From positions 1 through 14,817 of the forward strand of contig JBGQHJ010000122.1 of the NCBI GenBank assembly GCA_041497895.1: 14,817 nucleotides of DNA. Reading direction: 5' to 3'. Below are positions 1 through 6,939 of the stretch, in pieces. The translations under genes were made by a program, and so were the position numbers. This DNA is from Candidatus Methylomirabilia bacterium. Lineage in GTDB: Bacteria > Methylomirabilota > Methylomirabilia > Rokubacteriales > CSP1-6. The notes below the pieces were generated by a model. The model saw only the letters and a list, made by a program, of their open reading frames with translations, did not search any database and was not told where the DNA came from. Every line of letters begins with the position of its first letter. Position 1 is the first letter of the stretch.

Positions 1-500
1 AGGTCCGTGACCATCAGGCCCAGGATCAGCAGCAGGATCACGTTGGCCTCGGTCGAGAGGTTCAGCCGGCGCGGCCGCGTGACGAGGCGGCGGAACATCG
101 CGTAGCCCACCGCCACGATCACCAGCACGCTGAAGACGTCCTCGAGGATCAGGTAGGGCGCGGTGTCGGACAGGAGCGGCAGGGAGAACGACTCGGTCAC
201 GCCCTTGCCGAAGAACTCCACCGTGCCGAGGGTGAGGACCACGAAGCCCCAGAAGATCGTGGCGTGCATCAGCCCCGGCCAGAAGTCGTTGGCGAGCAGA
301 CGCGCCTGCCCGAAGACGTATACGATCACCCGCCCGACCCGCGCGGGCACCTGGTCCCAGCGCGCTATCGGCTTGCCCTTCATGAGCAGGCGCAGCAGGT
401 AGGCGGCCCGGCGCCCGAAGAGCACCGCCGCGGCCGCGATCAGCGCGTAGAAGAGGAGCGAGCCCGGGACGATCCCGTACCACTGGTGAGAGGGCAGCAT
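1..500 (-). CDS. Membrane-bound Fe-S oxidoreductase, FadF/heterodisulfide-reductase-like, N-terminal membrane part (runs off the left edge)
   Basis: Not in the ORF track. Manual translation from ATG at 500: MLPSHQWYGIVPGSLLFYALIAAAAVLFGRRAAYLLRLL...VFGQARLL...PGLMHATIFWGFVVLTLGT...RRLVTRPRRL. It has several TM segments and the GxxHxxIFWGF motif of FadF-like proteins; GAGG SD 8 nt upstream. Confidence 0.8.
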   Translation of the reverse strand, partial: MLPSHQWYGIVPGSLLFYALIAAAAVLFGRRAAYLLRLLMKGKPIARWDQVPARVGRVIVYVFGQARLLANDFWPGLMHATIFWGFVVLTLGTVEFFGKGVTESFSLPLLSDTAPYLILEDVFSVLVIVAVGYAMFRRLVTRPRRLNLSTEANVILLLILGLMVTD

Positions 501-523
501 CAGTGACGCCTCATGGGTTCGAT

Positions 524-552
524 AGTGTGGGGCGCGGCCCCGGAGGTGTCAA
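524..552 (-). promoter_or_regulatory. Putative sigma70 promoter for the FadF-like gene
   Basis: Minus strand TTGACA (552-547), 17-bp spacer, CACACT (529-524). The -35 overlaps the meaB stop codon. Confidence 0.5.
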
Positions 553-1514
553 GGCCGCCGCAGGGTCTGGGACAGGATCTGGGCCACCGCCGAGTACGGG
601 TCGAGACGACCCGCGGTCACCGCGTCGATCGTGGCGCCCAGCGCGGGGTCGGTCTGCACCCGCGCGGTCACCTGGGCGGTGAACTCCTCCACCAGCAGGG
701 CCTCCAGCTCGGCGCGCCGACGCGCCTGGCGCCGCGTCTCGAGCGCGCCCGCCTGCTCGAGCACCGCGCGGTGACGCTGCACCTGGGCCAGCAGCTCGTC
801 GATGCCCACGTCGTTGGCCGCCTGGGCGGCGAGGATCGGCACCTCCCAGTCGACGTCCTTGGGCCCGCCGCCGCTCGTGTAGTGCAGGTGCACGCTGAAG
901 CGCAGCTCGGCCATCAGCGCGTGCGCTCCGTCGCGGTCGGCCTTGTTGACCACGAAGACGTCCGCCACCTCCATCAGGCCCGCCTTCATGGCCTGGATCG
1001 AGTCGCCGGACTCCGGGACCAGGGCCACCACCGTGGTGTCGACCTGGCGGATGATGTCGAGCTCGGTCTGCCCCACGCCCACCGTCTCGATGATGATCCA
1101 CGGGAAGCCGAAGGCGTCCATCAGCTTGATGACGTCGCCGGTGGCGCGCGCCAGCCCGCCGAGGCTGCCCCGGGTCGCCATGCTCCGGATGAACACGTCG
1201 GGGTCGAGAGTGTGGGTCTGCATGCGGATGCGATCGCCGAGGACCGCGCCGCCGGTGAACGGGCTCGACGGGTCGACCGCGATCACGCCCACCGGCAGGC
1301 CCCGGGCACGCAGGCGGCTGGTCACCCGGTCCACCAGGGTCGACTTGCCCGCGCCGGGCGGCCCGGTGATGCCGAGCACGTAGGCGCGGCCGGTGCGCTC
1401 GTGGATGGCCCGCATGATCTCGGGCACCTCCGGGGCGCGGTTCTCGACCCGGGTGATCAGGCGCGCGAGGGCCAGACGATCGCCGTCGAGCATCCGGCGG
1501 ACGAGAGCGGTCAC
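549..1514 (-). CDS. meaB: Methylmalonyl-CoA mutase-associated GTPase MeaB (ArgK/MMAA family)
   Basis: LARLITRVEN, P-loop GITGPPGAGKST, AVDPSSPFTGGAVLGDRIRM, FIRSMATRGSLGGL, IIETVGVGQ, NKAD. Start placed at GTG 1514; an in-frame CTG at 1532 is an alternative. Confidence 0.93.
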   Translation of the reverse strand: MTALVRRMLDGDRLALARLITRVENRAPEVPEIMRAIHERTGRAYVLGITGPPGAGKSTLVDRVTSRLRARGLPVGVIAVDPSSPFTGGAVLGDRIRMQTHTLDPDVFIRSMATRGSLGGLARATGDVIKLMDAFGFPWIIIETVGVGQTELDIIRQVDTTVVALVPESGDSIQAMKAGLMEVADVFVVNKADRDGAHALMAELRFSVHLHYTSGGGPKDVDWEVPILAAQAANDVGIDELLAQVQRHRAVLEQAGALETRRQARRRAELEALLVEEFTAQVTARVQTDPALGATIDAVTAGRLDPYSAVAQILSQTLRRP

Positions 1515-1528
1515 GGGCAGTGGGGAGC

Positions 1529-2044
1529 TCAGGCGCCGGGCCGCGGGGAGGCGGCGGACTCGGACGGCTCCGCGCTCAGGCGGGCCTCCATCACCAGGGC
1601 GTCCTCGCCGGTGTCGAAGTAGTAGCCCTTGCGGCGGCCGATCACCCGGAAGCCGAAGCTCTCGTAGAGTCCGAGGGCCTCCGTGTTGGTGGGCCGCACC
1701 TCGAGGAACGCCAGGCTGACCGCGCGGCTCCGCGCGTCGTCGAGCACCGCGCCCAGGAGCGCGCGGGCAACCCCGCGACGCCGCAGGTCCGGGTGCGCGG
1801 CGAGGTTGGTGACGTGGATCTCGTGGCCGATCTCCCAGAGGCAGAGATAGCCCAGCAGCCGCCGGCCCCGGCGCGCCACCAGGCAGCGGGCGACGCGATT
1901 CTGGGTGAGCTCGTAGCGGAAGGCGCCGCGCGACCACGGGGTCTGGAACGACGCGCGCTCGATGACCAGCACGTCGTCGAGGTCCTCGAGCGTCATCGGC
2001 TCGATCGTGACCGGCTCCTCCCCCATCGGGCCCGGGTCACGCAT
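1529..2044 (-). CDS. rimI: Ribosomal protein S18 alanine N-acetyltransferase (GNAT)
   Basis: IERASFQTPWS, HVTNLA..RRRGVARALL, LEVRPTN..ALGLYESFGF...RRKGYY...EDALVM; canonical position after tsaB. The start could be ATG 2026 instead. Confidence 0.92.
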   Translation of the reverse strand: MRDPGPMGEEPVTIEPMTLEDLDDVLVIERASFQTPWSRGAFRYELTQNRVARCLVARRGRRLLGYLCLWEIGHEIHVTNLAAHPDLRRRGVARALLGAVLDDARSRAVSLAFLEVRPTNTEALGLYESFGFRVIGRRKGYYFDTGEDALVMEARLSAEPSESAASPRPGA

Positions 2045-2720
2045 GACGCGCCCGCAGCTCGGCCTCGGAGGGCCTCAGATAGAGCGGGGCGAGCCGCTCC
2101 GCCGGAATCCCCCCGCCCGCGCTCAGGATCGCGTGCCCGAGCGCGCCGACCACCGCGGCCGAGGGCAGCGACTGCACGGGCGGCGCCTCGCGGAGCCCCG
2201 CGCCGAGCCGGGCCAGGTAGGGCCGGCAGGCCGCGACCCCGTCGCCCAGGACGATCACCGGCGGCTCGAGCCGGGCCGCGGCCTCCGCGGGCGGCACCGC
2301 GAGGTAGTCCCACTCGCGGACCATCGCGGCTCCGCTCCACCGGTAGAGCGAGCAGTAGACCTCGCCCTTGCGCGCGTCGAGGAGCGGGCATACCGGCGCA
2401 TCCGCGAACGGCAGCGTGGCCGCGAGGGCGTCGAGCGTGGGGACCGGAGCCACCGGCAGGTCGAGGGCCAGGGCGAGCCCCTTGGCGGTGGCCGCGCCCA
2501 CGCGCAGGCCGGTGAAGGAGCCGGGGCCGATCGAGACCGCGAGGCCGCGCAGGCTCGACACCTCCCACCCGCAATCCTGGAGCAGGCGGTCCACCATCGC
2601 CATGAGCCGCTCCGAGTGCGTGAGCGCGATGTTGAGCCGGCTCTCCCCGACCAGGCGCCCGTCTTCGAGCAGCGCGGCCCCGCCCGCGAGCGTGGCGGTC
2701 TCGAGCGCGAGCAGCCTCAT
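2037..2720 (-). CDS. tsaB: tRNA threonylcarbamoyladenosine biosynthesis protein TsaB (YeaZ)
   Basis: MRLLALETAT, HSERL, GPGSFTGLRVG, DARKGEVY, C-terminal PLYLRPSEAE; true start ATG 2720. Confidence 0.95.
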   Translation of the reverse strand: MRLLALETATLAGGAALLEDGRLVGESRLNIALTHSERLMAMVDRLLQDCGWEVSSLRGLAVSIGPGSFTGLRVGAATAKGLALALDLPVAPVPTLDALAATLPFADAPVCPLLDARKGEVYCSLYRWSGAAMVREWDYLAVPPAEAAARLEPPVIVLGDGVAACRPYLARLGAGLREAPPVQSLPSAAVVGALGHAILSAGGGIPAERLAPLYLRPSEAELRARHA

Positions 2721-2727
2721 GCGCGGC

Positions 2728-2736
2728 AGTCTAGCA
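2728..2736 (-). promoter_or_regulatory. Extended -10 promoter, leaderless tsaB
   Basis: Minus strand TG-C-TAGACT, then 7 nt (GCCGCGC), then the tsaB ATG; no SD. Confidence 0.55.
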
Positions 2737-2773
2737 TGCCGTGCGGGCCGTGCGTCGTCGCGCCACTTTCGGG

Positions 2774-2803
2774 TTGACAACGCATCGCATCGGCCCGCAT
2801 CCT
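2774..2803 (+). promoter_or_regulatory. Putative sigma70 promoter for the PRTase gene
   Basis: TTGACA at 2774-2779, 18-bp spacer, weak -10 CATCCT at 2798-2803. Confidence 0.4.
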
Positions 2804-2814
2804 TGACTCGACTG

Positions 2815-3495
2815 ATGGCCGCCCCGCCGAGACAAACCGACAGCCAGATGGACGCGGAGGTTCGCGAGAAGATCCATCTCGAGATCCTCAAGCGCACCGG
2901 GGCCTATCACGCCAACGACCACGTCCTTCTCCCCTCGGGCCACCACACGAGCGAGTACATCGAGAAGACCCTCGTCACCACCGAGGCCTCTTTCACCGAG
3001 GGCCTCGGCGCGGTCATCGCCAAGCACTTCGCCCAGTGGCCCATCGACGTGGTGCTGTCGACCGGCCCCGGCGCCCTGATCCTGTCGCACTGCGTGGCCC
3101 GCGCGCATCCCTCGCGGCCCACCCTCGCCTACGGCACCAAGGGCGTCAGCGCGGGGAAGCGGCGGGTGACCCTGCCGGTGGAGTTCCAGCGCTTCATCCG
3201 CGCCGGCACCAAGGTGCTCATCGTCGAGGACCTCGTCAGCTCCGGCACCACCGTGCGGCTTCTCTCCCAGCTCGTGGAGGGCCTGGGCGGCCAGGTGATC
3301 GGCATCGGGGCGCTGTGGCGGCGCACCAAGAAAGCGGAGATCGGCGGCAAGGAGATCTTCAGCCTGGTGAGCCGCGACTTCCCGACCTACCCGGCCGAGA
3401 CGTGCCCGCTCTGCAAGAAGGGCGTGCCGCTCAACCAGGAGTACGTGAAGCGCCGCGAGCACCGCAAGCCGTCGTCGGCCCACGAGAAGCCCTAG
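2815..3495 (+). CDS. Type I phosphoribosyltransferase, divergent orotate PRTase (PyrE)-like
   Basis: PRPP-binding motif VLIVEDLVSSGTTV, N-terminal HVLLPSGHHTSEYIEK (cf. HFxLxSGxHS..Y), C-terminal CPLCKKGVP. Start is ATG 2815 or 2848. Confidence 0.75.
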   Translation: MAAPPRQTDSQMDAEVREKIHLEILKRTGAYHANDHVLLPSGHHTSEYIEKTLVTTEASFTEGLGAVIAKHFAQWPIDVVLSTGPGALILSHCVARAHPSRPTLAYGTKGVSAGKRRVTLPVEFQRFIRAGTKVLIVEDLVSSGTTVRLLSQLVEGLGGQVIGIGALWRRTKKAEIGGKEIFSLVSRDFPTYPAETCPLCKKGVPLNQEYVKRREHRKPSSAHEKP

Positions 3496-3504
3496 CCTCC
3501 CCGT

Positions 3505-3552
3505 CCCCAAGATATGGGGGCTGCAGCGCGTCACGCACCCTCTATCCGGTAT
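3505..3552. promoter_or_regulatory. Candidate tandem NrdR boxes
   Basis: CCCCAAGATATGGGGG (3505-3520) and ACCCTCTATCCGGTAT (3537-3552), 16-bp spacer; each matches 10/16 positions of acaCwAtATaTwGtgt. Confidence 0.4.
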
Positions 3553-3559
3553 TTTCCCC

Positions 3560-3588
3560 TTGACACGTTTTTCCCCCTCCCCTATTGT
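3560..3588 (+). promoter_or_regulatory. Near-consensus sigma70 promoter
   Basis: TTGACA (3560-3565), 17 bp, TATTGT (3583-3588), in a local AT-rich patch. Confidence 0.8.
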
Positions 3589-3597
3589 CCGGACAAT
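3584..3597. promoter_or_regulatory. Perfect 14-bp palindrome, putative operator over the -10/TSS
   Basis: ATTGTCCGGACAAT equals its own reverse complement. Confidence 0.5.
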
Positions 3598-3640
3598 GAT
3601 CGACCGCGTGACGCGCGGGGATCGGGAGGGGGGTGACATC

Positions 3641-3682
3641 ATGGCGAAGAAGAAGGCCGCGAAGAAGAAAAAGAAGAAGTAA
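3641..3682 (+). CDS. 13-aa lysine-rich small ORF MAKKKAAKKKKKK
   Basis: ATG GCG AAG AAG AAG GCC GCG AAG AAG AAA AAG AAG AAG TAA; strong SD region GGGAGGGGGGTGA just upstream; own promoter; hairpins immediately downstream. Confidence 0.7.
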   Translation: MAKKKAAKKKKKK

Positions 3683-3683
3683 G

Positions 3684-3740
3684 GCGCCACTCGTGGCGCT
3701 CGGCCCTGTCGGCCCCATCCCGGCAGGGCCGTTCCATCTC
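3684..3740 (+). terminator. Tandem hairpins after the sORF, possible terminator/attenuator
   Basis: GCGCCA-CTCG-TGGCGC (3684-3699), then a 12-bp stem CGGCCCTGTCGG/CCGGCAGGGCCG (3701-3712/3720-3731, one G-U pair, 7-nt loop), followed by a weak pyrimidine tail TTCCATCTC. Confidence 0.5.
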
Positions 3741-3768
3741 CGAGCCCGCCCCACCCACCACCGACTCC

Positions 3769-4644
3769 GTGACCCATCGACACGCCTACGCCCTGCTGCT
3801 CGGGGTCGCGCTCCTGTGGTCCGGAAACTTCCCCCTCGCCAAGCTCGGCCTGCAGGAGCTCGGGCCGCTGACCATGTCGGCCGCGCGCGCCCTCATCGCG
3901 GCTCCGCTGCTCGTGCTGGTGTCGCGCGTGCTGGAGGGCCCGCTGCCGCCGCTGGCCCGTCGCGACCTGACCGCGGTGGTGGTGCTCGCGGTGACCGGGT
4001 TCGTCGGCAACTCGGCGCTCTGGTACGTCGGCCTGCGCTTCACCAGCCCCGCCAACGCGGGCATCCTCGGAGCGGCGTCGCCGGTGGTGGTGGCGCTGGC
4101 CGCCTCCATCTGGCTCCGGGAGCGGCTCTCGACGATAAACCTGGTCGGGATCGGTCTCACACTGGCCGCGGTGCTGCTCACGATCGCGCGCGGGTCGCCC
4201 GAGATCCTGCTCACCCTCTCGGTCAACCGCGGCGACGTCATCATCCTCGCCTCGCAGACCCTGTGGGTGATCTACACGCTCTACAGCCGGGCCAACCGGT
4301 CCACGTTCTCGCCGCTCCAGATGCTGGCGGGAGCGCACGTGGTCGCGGCCGGGCTGCTGCTCCCGCTGGCCCTGTTCGAGCGGCCCTGGCAGAGCTTCGC
4401 GCACGCCTCGTGGGTGGGCTTCTCGGTCATCCTCTACAGCGCCCTGCTGGGCACGCCTGGCCACATCGGCTTCTACCAGGCGGTGCGGACGGTGGGGCCG
4501 GGACGGGCCGCGGTGTTCATGAACCTGATCCCGTTCCTGGTGCTGGGGCTCTCGTGGCTGATGCTGGGGGAGACGATCCGCTGGTACCACCTCGTGGGGG
4601 CCGGCGGGGTGATCGCCGGCGTCGCCCTCACCACCCGCCGCTGA
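3769..4644 (+). CDS. EamA/DMT family transporter
   Basis: 291 aa, about 10 TM helices in two repeats; LLWSGNFPLAK, GLRFTSPANAGIL, LRERL, GPGRAAVFMNLIP, LGETI. Confidence 0.9.
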   Translation: MTHRHAYALLLGVALLWSGNFPLAKLGLQELGPLTMSAARALIAAPLLVLVSRVLEGPLPPLARRDLTAVVVLAVTGFVGNSALWYVGLRFTSPANAGILGAASPVVVALAASIWLRERLSTINLVGIGLTLAAVLLTIARGSPEILLTLSVNRGDVIILASQTLWVIYTLYSRANRSTFSPLQMLAGAHVVAAGLLLPLALFERPWQSFAHASWVGFSVILYSALLGTPGHIGFYQAVRTVGPGRAAVFMNLIPFLVLGLSWLMLGETIRWYHLVGAGGVIAGVALTTRR

Positions 4645-4645
4645 T

Positions 4646-5152
4646 CTACCGCTTGGCGGTGGCCTTGGCCGGCTTGCTCGCGGTGGGCTTGGCCGGCTTG
4701 TCGTCCTTGATGAGGTGCTTCACCTCGTCCATGAACTGGGAGATGTCCTTGAACTGGCGGTACACCGAGGCGAACCGCACGTAGGCCACCTGGTCGAGCT
4801 TCTGCAGGTGCTCCATCACGATCTCGCCCAGCTCGAGGCTCGTGATCTCCTTCTCGGCCCGGTCGTGCAGCTTGGCCTCGATGTCGGCCACCACGTCGTC
4901 CACCGCCTGCACCCCGACCGAGCGCTTCTCGCAGGCCTTGAGGATGGAGCCGCGGAGCTTCTGCCGGTCGAACGGCTCGCGCCGCCCATCGCGCTTGACC
5001 ACGTGGGGCAGCACGTCCTCGATGTACTCGTAGGTCGTGTAGCGCCGGTGGCACTTGAGGCAGGCCCGCCGGCGGCGGATGAACTCCCCGTCCCGGCCTA
5101 CGCGCGAGTCCACCACGCGATCCTCGGTGTGGCCGCAGAACGGGCACTTCAC
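4646..5152 (-). CDS. nrdR: Transcriptional repressor NrdR
   Basis: GTG start at 5152 overlaps the glyA stop (GTGA). Zn ribbon KCPFCG...VVDSR...[18 protein letters not shown] and ATP cone [16 protein letters not shown]...[13 protein letters not shown]. Confidence 0.97.
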   Translation of the reverse strand: MKCPFCGHTEDRVVDSRVGRDGEFIRRRRACLKCHRRYTTYEYIEDVLPHVVKRDGRREPFDRQKLRGSILKACEKRSVGVQAVDDVVADIEAKLHDRAEKEITSLELGEIVMEHLQKLDQVAYVRFASVYRQFKDISQFMDEVKHLIKDDKPAKPTASKPAKATAKR

Positions 5153-6396
5153 GAAAGACGCCCCGCGTAGAGCGGGAACTGCGCGGTCAGCTCCTGCACC
5201 TGGCCCCGCACCGCCGCTTCCACCTGGCCGTCGCCCGCCCGGCTCAGCACCCGGTCGATGAAGTCCGCGATCCGCGCCATCTCCGGCTCCTTCATGCCGC
5301 GCGTGGTCACCGCCGGCGTCCCGATGCGGATGCCGCTCGTGACCATGGGGCCCTTGGTGTCGAAGGGGATGCCGTTCTTGTTGACGGTGATCCAGGCCCG
5401 GTCGAGCGCCTCCTGCGCGTCCTTGCCGGTGACGTTGCGCGTGGTGAGATCCACCAGGATCAGGTGGGTGTCGGTGCCGCCCGAGACCAGGCGGAAGCCG
5501 CGGGCCATGAGCGCCTCCGCGAGCGCGCGCGCGTTCCTGACGATCTGCCCCTGGTAGGCCCGCCACTCGGGCGTCTGGGCCTCCCGGAAGGCCACCGCCT
5601 TCGCCGCGATCACGTGCATGAGCGGCCCGCCCTGGATGCCGGGCAGCACGGTGCGGTCGAGCTCCTTGGCGTACTGGCTCCGGCACATCACCATGCCACC
5701 GCGCGGGCCGCGCAGCGTCTTGTGGGTGGTGGTGGTGACGAAGTCGGCGAACGGCAGCGGCGAGGGATGGAGGCCCGCCGCCACCAAGCCGGCCGGATGC
5801 GCGATGTCGGCCATGAAGGCCGCGCCCACCTCGTCCGCGATCTCGCGGAAGGGCTTGAAGTCGATCGCGCGGGGGAAGGCGGAGCCGCCCGCGATCACGA
5901 GCTTCGGTCGGTGCTGCCGGGCCAGGTCGCGCACCTGGTCCATGTCGATGCGCTCGGTGTCCTTGCGCACGCCGTAGGGCACGATCTTGTAGAAGCGGCC
6001 CGAGAAGTTGATCGGGCTGCCCGCGGTGAGGTGGCCCCCGTGGGCCAGGTTCGGGCCCAGCACGGTGTCGCCCGGCTTGAGCAGGGTGAAGTAGACCGCC
6101 ATGTTGGCCTGCGAGCCGGAGTGCGGCTGCACGTTGACGTGCTCGGCCCCGAACAGCTCCCGGGCGCGGCCGATCGCCAGCTCCTCCGCGACGTCCACGA
6201 ACTCGCAACCCCCGTAGTAGCGCTTGCCGGGATAGCCCTCGGCGTACTTGTTGGTCATCACCGAGCCCACCGCCTCCAGCACCGCCTCGGAGACGAAGTT
6301 CTCGGAGGCGATCAGCTCGAGGTTGCGGGACTGGCGCTCGGTCTCGGCGCGGATGGCCTTGGCGATCTCCGGATCGACCTGCTCGAGCGGGGTCAT
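5149..6396 (-). CDS. glyA: Serine hydroxymethyltransferase
   Basis: [38 protein letters not shown]-lysine motif [31 protein letters not shown] 6396 overlaps the rpiB stop (ATGA). Confidence 0.98.
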   Translation of the reverse strand: MTPLEQVDPEIAKAIRAETERQSRNLELIASENFVSEAVLEAVGSVMTNKYAEGYPGKRYYGGCEFVDVAEELAIGRARELFGAEHVNVQPHSGSQANMAVYFTLLKPGDTVLGPNLAHGGHLTAGSPINFSGRFYKIVPYGVRKDTERIDMDQVRDLARQHRPKLVIAGGSAFPRAIDFKPFREIADEVGAAFMADIAHPAGLVAAGLHPSPLPFADFVTTTTHKTLRGPRGGMVMCRSQYAKELDRTVLPGIQGGPLMHVIAAKAVAFREAQTPEWRAYQGQIVRNARALAEALMARGFRLVSGGTDTHLILVDLTTRNVTGKDAQEALDRAWITVNKNGIPFDTKGPMVTSGIRIGTPAVTTRGMKEPEMARIADFIDRVLSRAGDGQVEAAVRGQVQELTAQFPLYAGRLS

Positions 6397-6863
6397 GACC
6401 GGGCCCGGTCTCCGGCGTGCCGGCTCTCGACGTCCCCGATCTTCGCGACCCGGCGCGCGTGCCGCCCGGCCGCGAAGTCGGTCTCGAGCCACGCCTGCAG
6501 GATGTCGGCGGCCATGTCGGCGCCCATGAGCCGGCCGCCCAGCACCAGCACGTTGGCGTCGTTGTGCTCGCGGCTCATGCGCGCGGTGTAGAGATCGGCG
6601 CAGAGGGCCGCGCGCACGCCGGGCACCTTGTTGGCCGCGATGGACATGCCGATGCCGGTGCCGCACACCAGGAGGCCGCGCTCGACCTTGTGATCGGCGA
6701 CGGACTCCGCGACCAGCGCGGCGTAGTCCGGGTAGTCGACCGATTCGGCGGAGTGGGTGCCGAGATCCAGCACCTGGTAGTTGTGGTTTATCAACCAGCC
6801 CTTGAGGGCTTCCTTGAGCCCGTATCCGGCATGGTCGGCGCCGAGCGCAATCGTGGAAACCAC
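6393..6863 (-). CDS. rpiB: Ribose-5-phosphate isomerase B
   Basis: [52 protein letters not shown]; conserved rpiB-glyA order. Confidence 0.96.
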   Translation of the reverse strand: MVSTIALGADHAGYGLKEALKGWLINHNYQVLDLGTHSAESVDYPDYAALVAESVADHKVERGLLVCGTGIGMSIAANKVPGVRAALCADLYTARMSREHNDANVLVLGGRLMGADMAADILQAWLETDFAAGRHARRVAKIGDVESRHAGDRARS

Positions 6864-6869
6864 GCGCCA

Positions 6870-6899
6870 ACCTTACGCTCCGTCGGGGCTGGGTGTCAA
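6870..6899 (-). promoter_or_regulatory. sigma70 promoter, leaderless rpiB-glyA-nrdR transcript
   Basis: Minus strand TTGACA (6899-6894), 18 bp, TAAGGT (6875-6870), then 6 nt, then the rpiB GTG. Confidence 0.65.
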
Positions 6900-6939
6900 G
6901 GAACCCGCTACCCGTAGGGGGCGACGGCGCTCGGGCCGC

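Noticed and set aside
2781..2801. Three CGCATC copies in the PRTase promoter spacer
   Set aside because: Too short and irregularly spaced to distinguish from chance.
3641..3682. Antisense poly-Phe run (YFFFFFFAAFFF) or an AAG microsatellite
   Set aside because: It is simply the reverse complement of the Lys codons. The SD, promoter and precise ATG...TAA framing favour the + strand sORF.
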